In this document: positions 49,129 to 58,733 of the stretch, piece by piece
Numbering within the stretch: position 1 is the stretch's first letter
How the letters are laid out: every line of letters starts with the position of its first letter
NCBI GenBank assembly: GCA_050949045.1
Contig: JBMNEZ010000001.1
Span: forward strand, 576,001-640,000
From: Candidatus Izemoplasmatales bacterium
Lineage (GTDB): Bacteria > Bacillota_I > Bacilli_A > Izemoplasmatales > Hujiaoplasmataceae
Length of the DNA: 64,000 bases
Direction of reading: 5' to 3'
The notes under the pieces: model-generated
What the model was told of the DNA's origin: nothing
Databases searched by the model: none
What the model saw: only the letters and a program-made list of their open reading frames with translations
Position numbers and translations under genes: made by a program

Positions 49129-49526
49129 CGGTTTTTTTATTGGTGTATGGAATGAACGCCTTAAATTCCGCTATGATATTATATCTAGGTGGCACTATGA
49201 TCATACGTCTCCCGGCCTTTTATTGAAAGTTGTGGCTTTCCCTGATGCTATCGATGCTCAGCCATGATAGGATCACATTCACGCTCGCGACAACATCTTT
49301 CCCGTGAACGATTCGACATGGACAAGATCAAAAACACAGTCCCACCTACGCCGTTACTCACGAAAAGGGAAACAAGCAAATATCTGCGGATCTTGAATAT
49401 TTTCCAAGACGGTCTTGTTTCTACCAGCCTCACCCAAAGTAAAGGAAAAGCCATATCCACAGTTTTTTGACACCCAATTTGTCTTTACAAACCAAGGGCC
49501 GTGAACTATAATATTAATTGCGTTAC

Positions 49527-49603
49527 GACTCGGTAGCTCAGCTGGACAGAGCAACGGCCTTCTAAGCCGTCGGTCAGGCGTTCGAATCGCCTCCGAGTCG
49601 CCA
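49527..49603 (+). tRNA. tRNA-Arg(TCT)
   Basis: 77-nt cloverleaf, ACGGC-CTTCTAA-GCCGT, encoded CCA. Confidence 0.96.
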
Positions 49604-49730
49604 CCTCGACCACTTTCGCCGGATTATCCGGCTTTTGTGTCCCATAATGAGGGCCTCATATTGTTTCAATTGCCCTTTCGCTGGGCCCTTGTACTTGCTA
49701 TTTTGGGCATCAATGGTATAATAATTTTTA

Positions 49731-49807
49731 GACCCGGTAGCTCAGCTGGACAGAGCAGCGGCTTCCTAAGCCGTCGGTCGGGGGTTCGAATCCCTTTCGG
49801 GTCGCCA
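49731..49807 (+). tRNA. tRNA-Arg(CCT)
   Basis: 77-nt cloverleaf, GCGGC-TTCCTAA-GCCGT, encoded CCA. Confidence 0.96.
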
Positions 49808-49838
49808 CTATAGTCTAAAACAACATTGACATATATCC

Positions 49839-49915
49839 GGCCCGATAGCTCAGCTGGATAGAGCAACGGCTTCCGGAGCCGTCGGTCGGGGGTTCGAATC
49901 CCTTTCGGGTCGCCA
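49839..49915 (+). tRNA. tRNA-Arg(CCG)
   Basis: 77-nt cloverleaf, ACGGC-TTCCGGA-GCCGT, encoded CCA. Confidence 0.96.
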
Positions 49916-50187
49916 CTTTGACTGATAACCATTCGCTGAATGGTTTTTTTGTTCGCTTTGTTTTTTAATCTCGGAATAATGATATAATTATCAAAGAAAG
50001 CATTGAAAAGCGGTTGCGATGGATGTTCGACAAATCATTCAAGCGATAATCTTCTCTGTTTTTCTTAGAGTTTGTTTGTTCACAGCGGAAGAGATGTCCT
50101 GATGTGCTTGATGGTTTCCCGCTTGTCCTAACATTGATTCATCGTTTGATCAGTGCAATAATGATCCTTATTCAGGAGGCGTTTGCC

Positions 50188-51828
50188 ATGAAAAAAATTT
50201 GGTATCACGATGGTGTGGTATACCAGATATACCCTCGCAGTTTCGCCGATTCCAACAACGACGGGATCGGTGATTTACAAGGCATTATTGCGAAGATCCC
50301 CTATCTGAAGTCACTCGGGATAACGATCGTTTGGTTATCACCGATCTATGTCTCTCCAAACGATGACAACGGCTACGATATCGCCGACTACCGAAATATC
50401 CAACCTGAGTTCGGGACCCTGGACGACTTCAAAAAACTGCTTGAAAAACTGCACGATGCGGGGATCAAACTAATCATGGACCTCGTCGTCAACCACACCT
50501 CCGATGAACATCCGTGGTTTGTGGCTTCCGTGAAGGGCGATCCCAAGTACAAGGACTATTACCACTGGCAGAAAAAGAAGAACAACTGGACGTCGTTTTT
50601 TGGTGGCGAAGCCTGGACCTTCCATCCCGAAAGAGGCGAGTATTACCTCCATTTGTTTTCGAAGAAGCAGCCAGATTTAAACTGGGATAATCCCCATGTT
50701 AGGGAAGAGGTGAAAAATATTTGTCGTTACTGGCTTGACATGGGTGTCGACGGTTTCCGTTGCGATGTCATCAACATTATCGCCAAAGCAGACAGCCTTC
50801 CCCGAGCGAAGCCCCAGATCATCTTGGCGGGCAGGGAACACTACCTAAACAACCCCAAAATTCACGGCTATTTGCAAGAACTCCGCGATGAAGTCTTCAC
50901 CAAGTACGACTGTTTCACTGTCGGCGAAACCGTCTTGATCACCCCTAAACAGGCCCTTGACTACATCGACACCAATGTCCGTGAACTTGACATGGTTTTC
51001 CAATTCGAACACATGGGCGCCGACAATTACTTCGTCAAATGGTTCATGAAAAAGTTCAGGCCGATCAATTTGAAGAAGCCGCTTGCCAAATGGCAGAACC
51101 AGATCGCCGAGCGCGGCTGGAACACATTGTACCTTGAGAATCACGACCAGCCGCGCAGTGTTTCGCGTTTTGGCAGTCTTGACTATTACCATGAATCCGC
51201 AAAGATGCTGGCAACGATGCTCTATTTTCAGAAAGGTACCCCCTTCATCTATCAAGGGCAGGAGATCGGTATGCTCAACGCCTCTTTCCCCAACCTTGAT
51301 GACTATCAGGACATCGAAACCCATAACATTTACGCCACCGGCCGCAAACTCGGATTGACCCATCGCCGGATGATGAAGAAAATCATGATGATGTCACGCG
51401 ACAATGCTCGCACGCCAATGCAGTGGGACGCTTCTGAAAATGCCGGTTTTTCCAAACATGTCCCCTGGCTCAAAGTCAATCCCAATTATCAAAAAATCAA
51501 TGTTTCAGCCAATCTCACTGATCCTGATTCGATTCTCAACTATTATCGGAAGCTGATTTCGCTCAGAAAAAAACATCCCGTCATCGTCAATGGCGACTAC
51601 CAGGATATTGCGTTTAAGCATCGCCGTCTTTATGCTTACAAGCGTACGCAGGGCGATGAAACCTTGTATGTATTCTGCAATTTTTCGCCTAAAAATCTTA
51701 GACATCGCACCGTCAATCAGTTCTCGCTCTATGAACCTTTGCTTACAAATTATCCTCATCAGACCGGCCTTGACTACCTGAGGCCTTATGAAGCCCGCGT
51801 GTATCTTATAAAAAATAAGCCCTCTTAG
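50188..51828 (+). CDS. GH13 oligo-1,6-/alpha-glucosidase
   Basis: YQIYPRSF, DLVVNHTS, QPDLNW, GFRCDVI, ENHDQPR; AGGAGG RBS favours ATG 50188. Confidence 0.95.
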   Translation: MKKIWYHDGVVYQIYPRSFADSNNDGIGDLQGIIAKIPYLKSLGITIVWLSPIYVSPNDDNGYDIADYRNIQPEFGTLDDFKKLLEKLHDAGIKLIMDLVVNHTSDEHPWFVASVKGDPKYKDYYHWQKKKNNWTSFFGGEAWTFHPERGEYYLHLFSKKQPDLNWDNPHVREEVKNICRYWLDMGVDGFRCDVINIIAKADSLPRAKPQIILAGREHYLNNPKIHGYLQELRDEVFTKYDCFTVGETVLITPKQALDYIDTNVRELDMVFQFEHMGADNYFVKWFMKKFRPINLKKPLAKWQNQIAERGWNTLYLENHDQPRSVSRFGSLDYYHESAKMLATMLYFQKGTPFIYQGQEIGMLNASFPNLDDYQDIETHNIYATGRKLGLTHRRMMKKIMMMSRDNARTPMQWDASENAGFSKHVPWLKVNPNYQKINVSANLTDPDSILNYYRKLISLRKKHPVIVNGDYQDIAFKHRRLYAYKRTQGDETLYVFCNFSPKNLRHRTVNQFSLYEPLLTNYPHQTGLDYLRPYEARVYLIKNKPS

Positions 51829-51834
51829 GAAGGC

Positions 51835-52782
51835 TTATTTCATTTGTTTCATCACTGACTTCTTGATCGTGAAGTACTTACAGACGAGTTCGAAAATGCG
51901 CTTTTCCAACCCGGGTTTGTCGACGACGTAACCCTGGGCATGTTCAGCATTCTCGATCGGATACAACTCTTTGAAAGGCGCTTTCGAAGCTTCGACCAAA
52001 GTGGTCCCCATCGAAAAGGGGATTATGGAATCGGCGGTGCCGTGATAGATAAAGAGCGGTATCCTTCCCTTTACCACAGCTTTGAGGGGACTGACGGACG
52101 AAAGCAGGAAACGGTGATTGTAATAGGTGAACAGATTGATGCCGGGGAGAAAAAGAAGTAGGATTCTAGGTTTTATGTTGTGTATCAACATTTTTGTCAG
52201 AGTCGTGAAACCGCAGTCGGCGACGATCAGTTTCACGTTTTCAGGGATGTTGGTCGTCTGAGACAACATCACCATTGCCGCTCCAAGAGATACCCCATGT
52301 AATAGGATCTTGTCGGTGCTTCCATAGGTTCTGAGAGCAAAATGGATCCATTTTTTCAAATCTTGTTTTTCATAATGCCCGAAAGTCGTGAAATCACCCT
52401 CGCTCTCGCCATGGCCTCTGAGATTGACAAGCAGGACTTTGAAGCCCATATCGTTATACATCTTACCGATGACGATCATGTCAGAAGCCTGCGACTGGTA
52501 GCCGTGGAGGACAATCGCTGTCTGGGTCGATTTTTCATCGTAACTCGGCAAGAAGACGCCAGTCAGTTTCACTCCGTCATAGCCCCTAATCGAGACCTCC
52601 TCTTTCGGTGAGCGATCATACCAGTCCTTGCTTGGCTGAAAGAAAGGCAAAGTATGGTCAACGAAGGGAACGCTCTTGTAATGCTTACGCAGAAACAACC
52701 GTGAATATAGCACGTCAGCGCAAACCAAATAAACGATAAGAATAGAGCCAATGACGATCAAAACAATCCATTCCGGTTTCAT
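51835..52782 (-). CDS. Membrane-anchored alpha/beta hydrolase (YqkD-like)
   Basis: N-terminal TM; LHGY, RGHGES, GVSLG nucleophile elbow, HGTAD, AEHA. Confidence 0.9.
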   Translation of the reverse strand: MKPEWIVLIVIGSILIVYLVCADVLYSRLFLRKHYKSVPFVDHTLPFFQPSKDWYDRSPKEEVSIRGYDGVKLTGVFLPSYDEKSTQTAIVLHGYQSQASDMIVIGKMYNDMGFKVLLVNLRGHGESEGDFTTFGHYEKQDLKKWIHFALRTYGSTDKILLHGVSLGAAMVMLSQTTNIPENVKLIVADCGFTTLTKMLIHNIKPRILLLFLPGINLFTYYNHRFLLSSVSPLKAVVKGRIPLFIYHGTADSIIPFSMGTTLVEASKAPFKELYPIENAEHAQGYVVDKPGLEKRIFELVCKYFTIKKSVMKQMK

Positions 52783-52912
52783 AACATCCTCCTTTTTGTA
52801 TTTTACCACATAGTGATCCCGATTAAAACAATTGGCTGGGAATAATTAATGCCCACCAAGGAAAACAGCATAATAATAGGATAAAATGGCGGTTTTGGCG
52901 GGTATAATTTTG

Positions 52913-52941
52913 TTGACTTATCCGGTGTGATAATATATAAT
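52913..52941 (+). promoter_or_regulatory. SigA promoter of rplU-rpmA
   Basis: TTGACT-17 nt-TATAAT. Confidence 0.8.
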
Positions 52942-52947
52942 ATCACC

Positions 52948-53022
52948 GTATGTGAAACGCATACCGCTCAGAAACGGTCGCAAACCCCTCCCTGAGAGGG
53001 TACCCCGATGGCGAGTCTTAAT
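52948..53022 (+). ncRNA. Ribosomal protein L21 leader
   Basis: ACCGC...hairpin...GGCGAGTCT immediately 5' of the rplU RBS, as in Firmicutes L21 leaders. Confidence 0.75.
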
Positions 53023-53041
53023 CAATGAGGAGGTGCAAACC

Positions 53042-53350
53042 ATGTACGCAGTGATCGAAACCGGCGGCAAGCAACTGAAAGTTGAAGTCGGCCAGGAAAT
53101 CTATGTTGAAAAGCTTGAAGTTGAAGCAGAACAGTCTTATGTTTTTGACAAAGTGTTGATGATCGGCGGAGAAAAAACCAAGATCGGCAAACCATATGTT
53201 AAAGGCGCAACCGTCACAGCCACAGTCAATAAGCACGGTAAGGATAAGAAAGTCATCGTCTTCAAGTACAAGCCTAAGAAGCACTACCACCGCAAGAGCG
53301 GTCATCGTCAGCCCTACACGAAACTGACAATCACTGAAATCAACGCTTAA
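53042..53350 (+). CDS. rplU: 50S ribosomal protein L21
   Basis: [18 protein letters not shown]. Confidence 0.98.
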   Translation: MYAVIETGGKQLKVEVGQEIYVEKLEVEAEQSYVFDKVLMIGGEKTKIGKPYVKGATVTATVNKHGKDKKVIVFKYKPKKHYHRKSGHRQPYTKLTITEINA

Positions 53351-53375
53351 ACAATCAATTTGGAGGTAACTAGAG

Positions 53376-53663
53376 ATGGTATTACATCTGGACATAATGG
53401 TCTGCACGGCTTCAAAAAAAGGTGTCGGCTCGACCAAAAACGGTCGCGACTCAGCCGGAAGGCGCCTCGGCGCCAAACTGGCAGATGGCCAATTCTGCAC
53501 TGCAGGTTCAATCATCTACCGGCAGAGGGGAACGAAGATCCACCCCGGTGAAAACGTCGGAAAAGGCAAAGATGACACCTTGTTTGCCATGATCGACGGG
53601 ATCGTCAGATTCGAACGTTTTGGCAAAGACAGAAAACAAGCATCCGTATACAGTCAAAATTAA
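53376..53663 (+). CDS. rpmA: 50S ribosomal protein L27 with N-terminal extension
   Basis: [40 protein letters not shown]. Confidence 0.97.
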   Translation: MVLHLDIMVCTASKKGVGSTKNGRDSAGRRLGAKLADGQFCTAGSIIYRQRGTKIHPGENVGKGKDDTLFAMIDGIVRFERFGKDRKQASVYSQN

Positions 53664-53774
53664 AAAAACAGGATTTCCCTGTTTTTTTCTTTATCTACCT
53701 CTGCCTAACCTTATGTATTGTTCTTGAATATTGGCGAAAAGTAATATATAATTCACCATGTGGAGGTCGATATC

Positions 53775-54941
53775 ATGGAGAAACAGATCAAAGAACTCTT
53801 TGAACGCAAGTTCGGGATTGATTCCAAGACCAGGTATTTTTTCTCTCCCGGGAGGATTAACCTCATCGGTGAGCATATCGATTACAATGGCGGCCATGTC
53901 TTACCTGCGGCCATCGGCCTAGGCAACTATGCCGGCGTCAGGCTCACCGACACGAAGACCATCAGACTCTATTCTCATAATTTCCAGTATGCGGGCATCA
54001 TCGAGGTCCCGCTTGCCAAGTTGGAATATGCTTCCGAACATGGCTGGGCAAATTATGTCAAAGGCATCATAAAGGAATTGATCGACAGAAAATATTTGCT
54101 TTTTACCGGATTCGATATCGCCATTTACGGCGATCTTCCCACCGGCGCCGGTCTATCGAGCAGCGCCTCCATTGAACTCTTGATCGCCTATATGATGAAC
54201 AGCCTCTTTGATCTTGGCATCAACAGGACCGATCTGGCACTGTTGTCAAAAAAAGTCGAAAACGATTACCTAAACGTCAAGTGCGGGATCATGGATCAGT
54301 TCGTGATCGCCAACGGCAAAAAGGGTCATGCGATCCTCCTTGACACAAATTCGCTCGCCTACACCTATGTTCCACTACATCTTGATGGTTACGATATCGT
54401 CATCTGCAATTCCATAGTCCGGCGCGGCCTCTCCGATTCGAAGTACAACCGCCGACGGGAAGAATGCGATATCGCGCTTAAAATCCTCCAACAAAAAATC
54501 CCGGCCAAAAATCTTTGCGAAATCGCTTTACCGGATTTCACGCGTCACATGCATCTGATCAAAGACCCCACGATCCTCAAGCGGGCGAAACATGTGATAA
54601 CCGAGAATCAGCGGACGCTTAATTCCAATCGACTCCTAATCGAGAATGACATCATCTCCTTTGGCGAGATGCTGCTGGAATCCCACTATTCACTCCGAAA
54701 TGATTATGAAGTGTCGTGCGACGAACTTGATACTCTTGTCGAACTCGCAACCAATCACGGCAGTATCGGCTCACGGATGACCGGCGCCGGGTTTGGCGGA
54801 TGCACCATCAATATCGTCCCTTCGGCACTCTTCGCCAAATTCAAGGAAAACGTCGCCAAGGGGTATCAAAAAAAATACGGTCTCGAACCGGATATTCTGA
54901 TCGTCAATCCCGAGGATGGCACCAGGGAGATCCTCAGATGA
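53775..54941 (+). CDS. galK: Galactokinase
   Basis: PGRINLIGEHIDYNGG, GAGLSSSAS, CGIMDQ, RMTGAGFGGC. Confidence 0.96.
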   Translation: MEKQIKELFERKFGIDSKTRYFFSPGRINLIGEHIDYNGGHVLPAAIGLGNYAGVRLTDTKTIRLYSHNFQYAGIIEVPLAKLEYASEHGWANYVKGIIKELIDRKYLLFTGFDIAIYGDLPTGAGLSSSASIELLIAYMMNSLFDLGINRTDLALLSKKVENDYLNVKCGIMDQFVIANGKKGHAILLDTNSLAYTYVPLHLDGYDIVICNSIVRRGLSDSKYNRRREECDIALKILQQKIPAKNLCEIALPDFTRHMHLIKDPTILKRAKHVITENQRTLNSNRLLIENDIISFGEMLLESHYSLRNDYEVSCDELDTLVELATNHGSIGSRMTGAGFGGCTINIVPSALFAKFKENVAKGYQKKYGLEPDILIVNPEDGTREILR

Positions 54942-55417
54942 TCCGCCCTGGCAGGCAGGATGATCTCGATGAAATCCAGATACTGGCCCAAGCAGTCGTC
55001 CAAAATCTAAAGGACAATCACATCGATCAATGGTCCAGATGGTATCCCAACAAAGCCGATTTCGCAAAGGACGTCTCGTGCGGCGCGCTCTTTGTCGCGG
55101 AGATTTCCGGCAAGATCGTCGGTACGATCACAGTCCTTCCGGAAAACGAGAAGTACTATCATGAGGTCGAATGGGAGTTGCAGAATGCCTTTGTCATCCA
55201 TCGGGTGATGGTCTCTCCCGCCTATCACCGCCAGGGTATCGGCACTGCGCTTTTCAACTATGCGATCGCATATGCGATCCATAACCATCAAAAAGCGCTG
55301 AAAGTTGACACCCATCCGGATAATTTCCGGATGCAAAACTTGATCATTTCCCTCGGGTTCAAATACAAAGGCTATCTCCCTTCGATCAATAGACAAGCAT
55401 ACGAACTCATCTTTTGA
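54938..55417 (+). CDS. GNAT family N-acetyltransferase
   Basis: IDQW..YPN, IHRVMVSPAYHRQGIG, DTHPDN; ATGA overlap with galK. Confidence 0.9.
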   Translation: MIRPGRQDDLDEIQILAQAVVQNLKDNHIDQWSRWYPNKADFAKDVSCGALFVAEISGKIVGTITVLPENEKYYHEVEWELQNAFVIHRVMVSPAYHRQGIGTALFNYAIAYAIHNHQKALKVDTHPDNFRMQNLIISLGFKYKGYLPSINRQAYELIF

Positions 55418-55438
55418 AATCAAAGAATTGGAGAAACC

Positions 55439-56722
55439 ATGTTCATAGACGAAGTCAGAGTCACAGTCGAATCAGGAAAAGGCGGCGATGGCATCATCGC
55501 TTTTAGGCGCGAGAAGCATGTCCCCTTGGGCGGCCCTTCCGGAGGCGACGGCGGACGGGGAGGAAGCGTCATTTTCGAAGCTGATGAAGGACTCTCGACT
55601 CTCTATGATCTACGATATCGCCGGCATATCCGAGCGAAGGCCGGTGAAAACGGCAAACCCAAATTAATGCGCGGAGCCGACGGCGAGGATGTCATCATCA
55701 AAGTGCCCATCGGCACCGTTATTTTTGAAGCCAATCATAACATACCACTCGCCGATCTTGTGAAGCATAAGGATCAAAGCGTCATCGCCAGGGGAGGAGC
55801 GGGAGGCAGAGGGAATGCCGCTTTCGCCTCGGCGAAAAACAAAGCTCCGCGCTTCCAAGAAAACGGCGAGCCGAGTCAGACAATCGAACTCCGGATCGAA
55901 CTAAAGTTGTTGGCCGATGTCGGCATCATCGGCTTTCCAAGTGTTGGAAAATCAACGCTTATCAGCGCCTGTTCCAAAGCAAAGCCGAAGATCGCTCCCT
56001 ATCCCTTCACGACGATTGTCCCCAATCTTGGCGTTGTCGATTTCCCGCCGATACCACCTTTTGTGCTAGCGGACATGCCGGGAATCATTGAGGGCGCCTC
56101 CCAAGGCCGCGGCCTTGGGCTTGAGTTTTTGAAGCATATCGAAAGAACCCGCGTCCTCATTCATATGATCGATATGTCGCCCGAAAGCGGACGTGATCCC
56201 TATCAAGACTATCTAGCGATCAATGCCGAACTGGAAGCATACAAATACCAACTTATAAAAAGACCGCAAATCATTGCGGCCAACAAGATTGACCAAGAAG
56301 GATCAGAAGAACGCTTACGCGATTTGAAGCACAGACTTCCGTCATCTCTGACAGTAATCCCCATCAGCGCCAAAAATCGTCACAACATCAAAGAATTGAT
56401 CGCAAAAACAGCTGAATTATTAATGGAAACACCTCCTTTCCCGTTTCTTATCAAAACAAACGAAAATGAGGTGGTACACTATGTATACGAGCCAAAAGAA
56501 AAGGAGATATTTGTCACCAAAGAAGCGGACTCATTGTATTTGGTGTCGGGAAAAGACATCGAGGCTCTCTACAAACGGTCAAATTTTCTCACTGACGAAG
56601 CTGTTTCACGATTTTTACTTCAACTGAGCAAACTTGGAGTTAATGAGATGTTAAGGCAAAAAGGGGCCAAATCTGGCGATATTGTTCGTGTATTTGATGA
56701 CGAATTCGAATTTCAAGACTAG
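55439..56722 (+). CDS. obg: GTPase ObgE/CgtA
   Basis: Gly-rich N-domain, GFPSVGKST, YPFTT, DMPG, NKID, C-terminal OCT domain. Confidence 0.98.
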   Translation: MFIDEVRVTVESGKGGDGIIAFRREKHVPLGGPSGGDGGRGGSVIFEADEGLSTLYDLRYRRHIRAKAGENGKPKLMRGADGEDVIIKVPIGTVIFEANHNIPLADLVKHKDQSVIARGGAGGRGNAAFASAKNKAPRFQENGEPSQTIELRIELKLLADVGIIGFPSVGKSTLISACSKAKPKIAPYPFTTIVPNLGVVDFPPIPPFVLADMPGIIEGASQGRGLGLEFLKHIERTRVLIHMIDMSPESGRDPYQDYLAINAELEAYKYQLIKRPQIIAANKIDQEGSEERLRDLKHRLPSSLTVIPISAKNRHNIKELIAKTAELLMETPPFPFLIKTNENEVVHYVYEPKEKEIFVTKEADSLYLVSGKDIEALYKRSNFLTDEAVSRFLLQLSKLGVNEMLRQKGAKSGDIVRVFDDEFEFQD

Positions 56723-56910
56723 AAAACGCCTGCATCAAGAACTGAATATTTCAAAATAAAATATGATGTAAATGTGTTTTAAAAACGATATAAAGAAGTA
56801 AATACCTTGCGAATAATATGGTAGCAATGTGATGTTATTATGTAGGGTTGTATTTTAAAAAAAATCATCATATCGGCTACAAACGGCCGAGTTTAGCGGA
56901 GGAAATATAA

Positions 56911-57465
56911 ATGTATAACTACATGAAGGGCATAATAACGGCTATTAAAGCAGACTACATTGCCCTAGAAATCAACAATATTGGATACCGAATTATCGCT
57001 CCAAATCCATATCGCTTTGTGGTCGGCCAAGAAGTTATTCTCTATCTTTACCAGCGAGTGGCAGAAGATGAGCTTTCCCTTTATGGATTTCCGTCCGCCG
57101 ATGAACGGGATTTGTTCGTGAAGCTGATCAGTGTGAACGGCATCGGCCCAAAAAGTGCGAAAGCTATTCTCGCTGCCGGAGATGTTTCCTCCATATCAAA
57201 CGCGATTGAAACCGGAAACGCAAAATACCTGATGAAATTCCCCGGAATCGGCCCGAAGGCAAGCCAACAGATCATTCTAGACCTTAAAGGAAAAATCGCC
57301 TTTGATGACAATATCTCTCGTACCGATTCAATCAGTGAAGTCGATGAAGCCTTACAAGCGCTTGGATATAACCAGAAAGAGGTCAAAAAAGTCCTCAGCA
57401 AACTCGACCACTCCAAGCCTTCCAATGAACTGATCAAAGATGCATTAAGGCTCATGTTGAAATAA
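56911..57465 (+). CDS. ruvA: Holliday junction branch migration protein RuvA
   Basis: LYGF, LISVNGIGPK, PGIGPKASQQIILDLKGK, ALQALGY. Confidence 0.96.
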   Translation: MYNYMKGIITAIKADYIALEINNIGYRIIAPNPYRFVVGQEVILYLYQRVAEDELSLYGFPSADERDLFVKLISVNGIGPKSAKAILAAGDVSSISNAIETGNAKYLMKFPGIGPKASQQIILDLKGKIAFDDNISRTDSISEVDEALQALGYNQKEVKKVLSKLDHSKPSNELIKDALRLMLK

Positions 57466-57488
57466 AAAACGCCATCGGCGTTTTTTTT
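57464..57488. terminator. Bidirectional terminator between ruvA and the asparaginase gene
   Basis: AAAAAACGCC-ATC-GGCGTTTTTTTT. Confidence 0.85.
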
Positions 57489-57500
57489 CTGAAAAAACCA

Positions 57501-58484
57501 CTATATGACAAACACATTTCTGATGGCATCCAAATCATCGCCATATTTCGCAAGAGACACCATCAATAGCAGCCTAGCTTTCTGTCCGTTGAGATTAGTC
57601 GCAAAGATGCAACCCATATTCGAGAGATCCTTCCCGCCACCTGGATAACCATAGGTATCGACAGCCCTTCCCGATGGACAGCGTGAGGTTATCACTATTG
57701 GAATTGAACGCGCCAGCGCTCTTTTGATACCATCGAGCATCATCGGCGGTACATTACCTCTGCCAAGGGCTTCGATGACAATCCCTTTTGCGTGCAGACT
57801 GTTCACAGCGTAATCAATCATCTGCCCATCAGATCCGGAACAAACCTTGATCAAAAAAACCTCCTCGACTAAATGATCGACTTCAAATACCTCACGGGAA
57901 TAGTTTACAGAACGGTAGAAGATAACTTGTTTATTATCAATGATGCCAAGGGGACCATAATCGATGGATTTAAAAGTATCTAGCGATAAAGTGTTTGTCT
58001 TGGTCACCTCGCTGGCTGCGTTGATTTGATCATTAAAGACGACAAGGACACCCTTATCAAAAGCATCTGAAGAAAGACAAACAAGAATTGAAGAGACAAG
58101 ATTATTAATCCCATCGAAACCTAGTTCAGTACTGGACTTCATCGACCCTGTCACGACGACAGGCTTTTTTGTGTCTATGACAGTATCCAAAAAGAAAGCG
58201 GTCTCTTCAAGTGTATCGGTACCATGAACTACAACGATTCCGGTAACATCCTCACGTGAAACGAGTTGCTTGATCATTATTGAAATTTCGAGCATCATCG
58301 ACGGTGTAATTGACGGAGAAGGAACAGTAGCATACTCAATCATCTCGAGATCACAATCATGGAAAGACTGCAAGAGCAAACTCATAATATCATTGCCAGA
58401 TAAAGCGAGAACAACCGAACGATTGGAATCATCGACTTTCATAGAGATCGTACCGCCGGTGAAGATTAAGTAGATTTTAGCCAA
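57501..58484 (-). CDS. ansA: L-asparaginase
   Basis: TGGTISM, HGTDTLEET, VTGSM, KARLLL; TTG 58484 or GTG 58493 start. Confidence 0.93.
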   Translation of the reverse strand: MAKIYLIFTGGTISMKVDDSNRSVVLALSGNDIMSLLLQSFHDCDLEMIEYATVPSPSITPSMMLEISIMIKQLVSREDVTGIVVVHGTDTLEETAFFLDTVIDTKKPVVVTGSMKSSTELGFDGINNLVSSILVCLSSDAFDKGVLVVFNDQINAASEVTKTNTLSLDTFKSIDYGPLGIIDNKQVIFYRSVNYSREVFEVDHLVEEVFLIKVCSGSDGQMIDYAVNSLHAKGIVIEALGRGNVPPMMLDGIKRALARSIPIVITSRCPSGRAVDTYGYPGGGKDLSNMGCIFATNLNGQKARLLLMVSLAKYGDDLDAIRNVFVI

Positions 58485-58705
58485 AAAAATCACCCTACCA
58501 TTTCCATGATAATTTGATTATATCATATAACAACGAAAACCATCACTAGTCGAAATCGAATTTTGGGGTGTTTGTCATGATGTTTTGAAAGAGAAAATCG
58601 ACCACAGGCATTTTCAACGGCCGTGGTTGCAGAATAAGAACCTAGTTCCAAATCAACATTATCAACAAGCAAGTCATTAACCGCGCCGTTTAGGTAATAT
58701 AAAGT

Positions 58706-58733
58706 TGTTATCATAATATATATTATAGGAAGT
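58706..58733 (-). other. dif (Xer chromosome dimer resolution) site
   Basis: Minus strand ACTTCCTATAA-TATATA-TTATGATAACA, matching the 11-6-11 Firmicutes dif pattern; intergenic; gene polarity flips around it. Confidence 0.85.

Noticed and set aside
49666..49932. 88-aa ORF with an internal 30-aa repeat, suggesting a repeat protein or CRISPR
   Set aside because: It is the antisense reading of the two near-identical tRNA-Arg genes
50003..50018. cre/LacI-type operator (AAAAGCGGTTGC) upstream of the GH13 gene
   Set aside because: Position is plausible but the match is imperfect and no regulator gene is adjacent; too weak to call
58523..58714. 63-aa minus-strand ORF upstream of the asparaginase gene
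   Set aside because: Start codon lies inside the dif site, no RBS, no motifs
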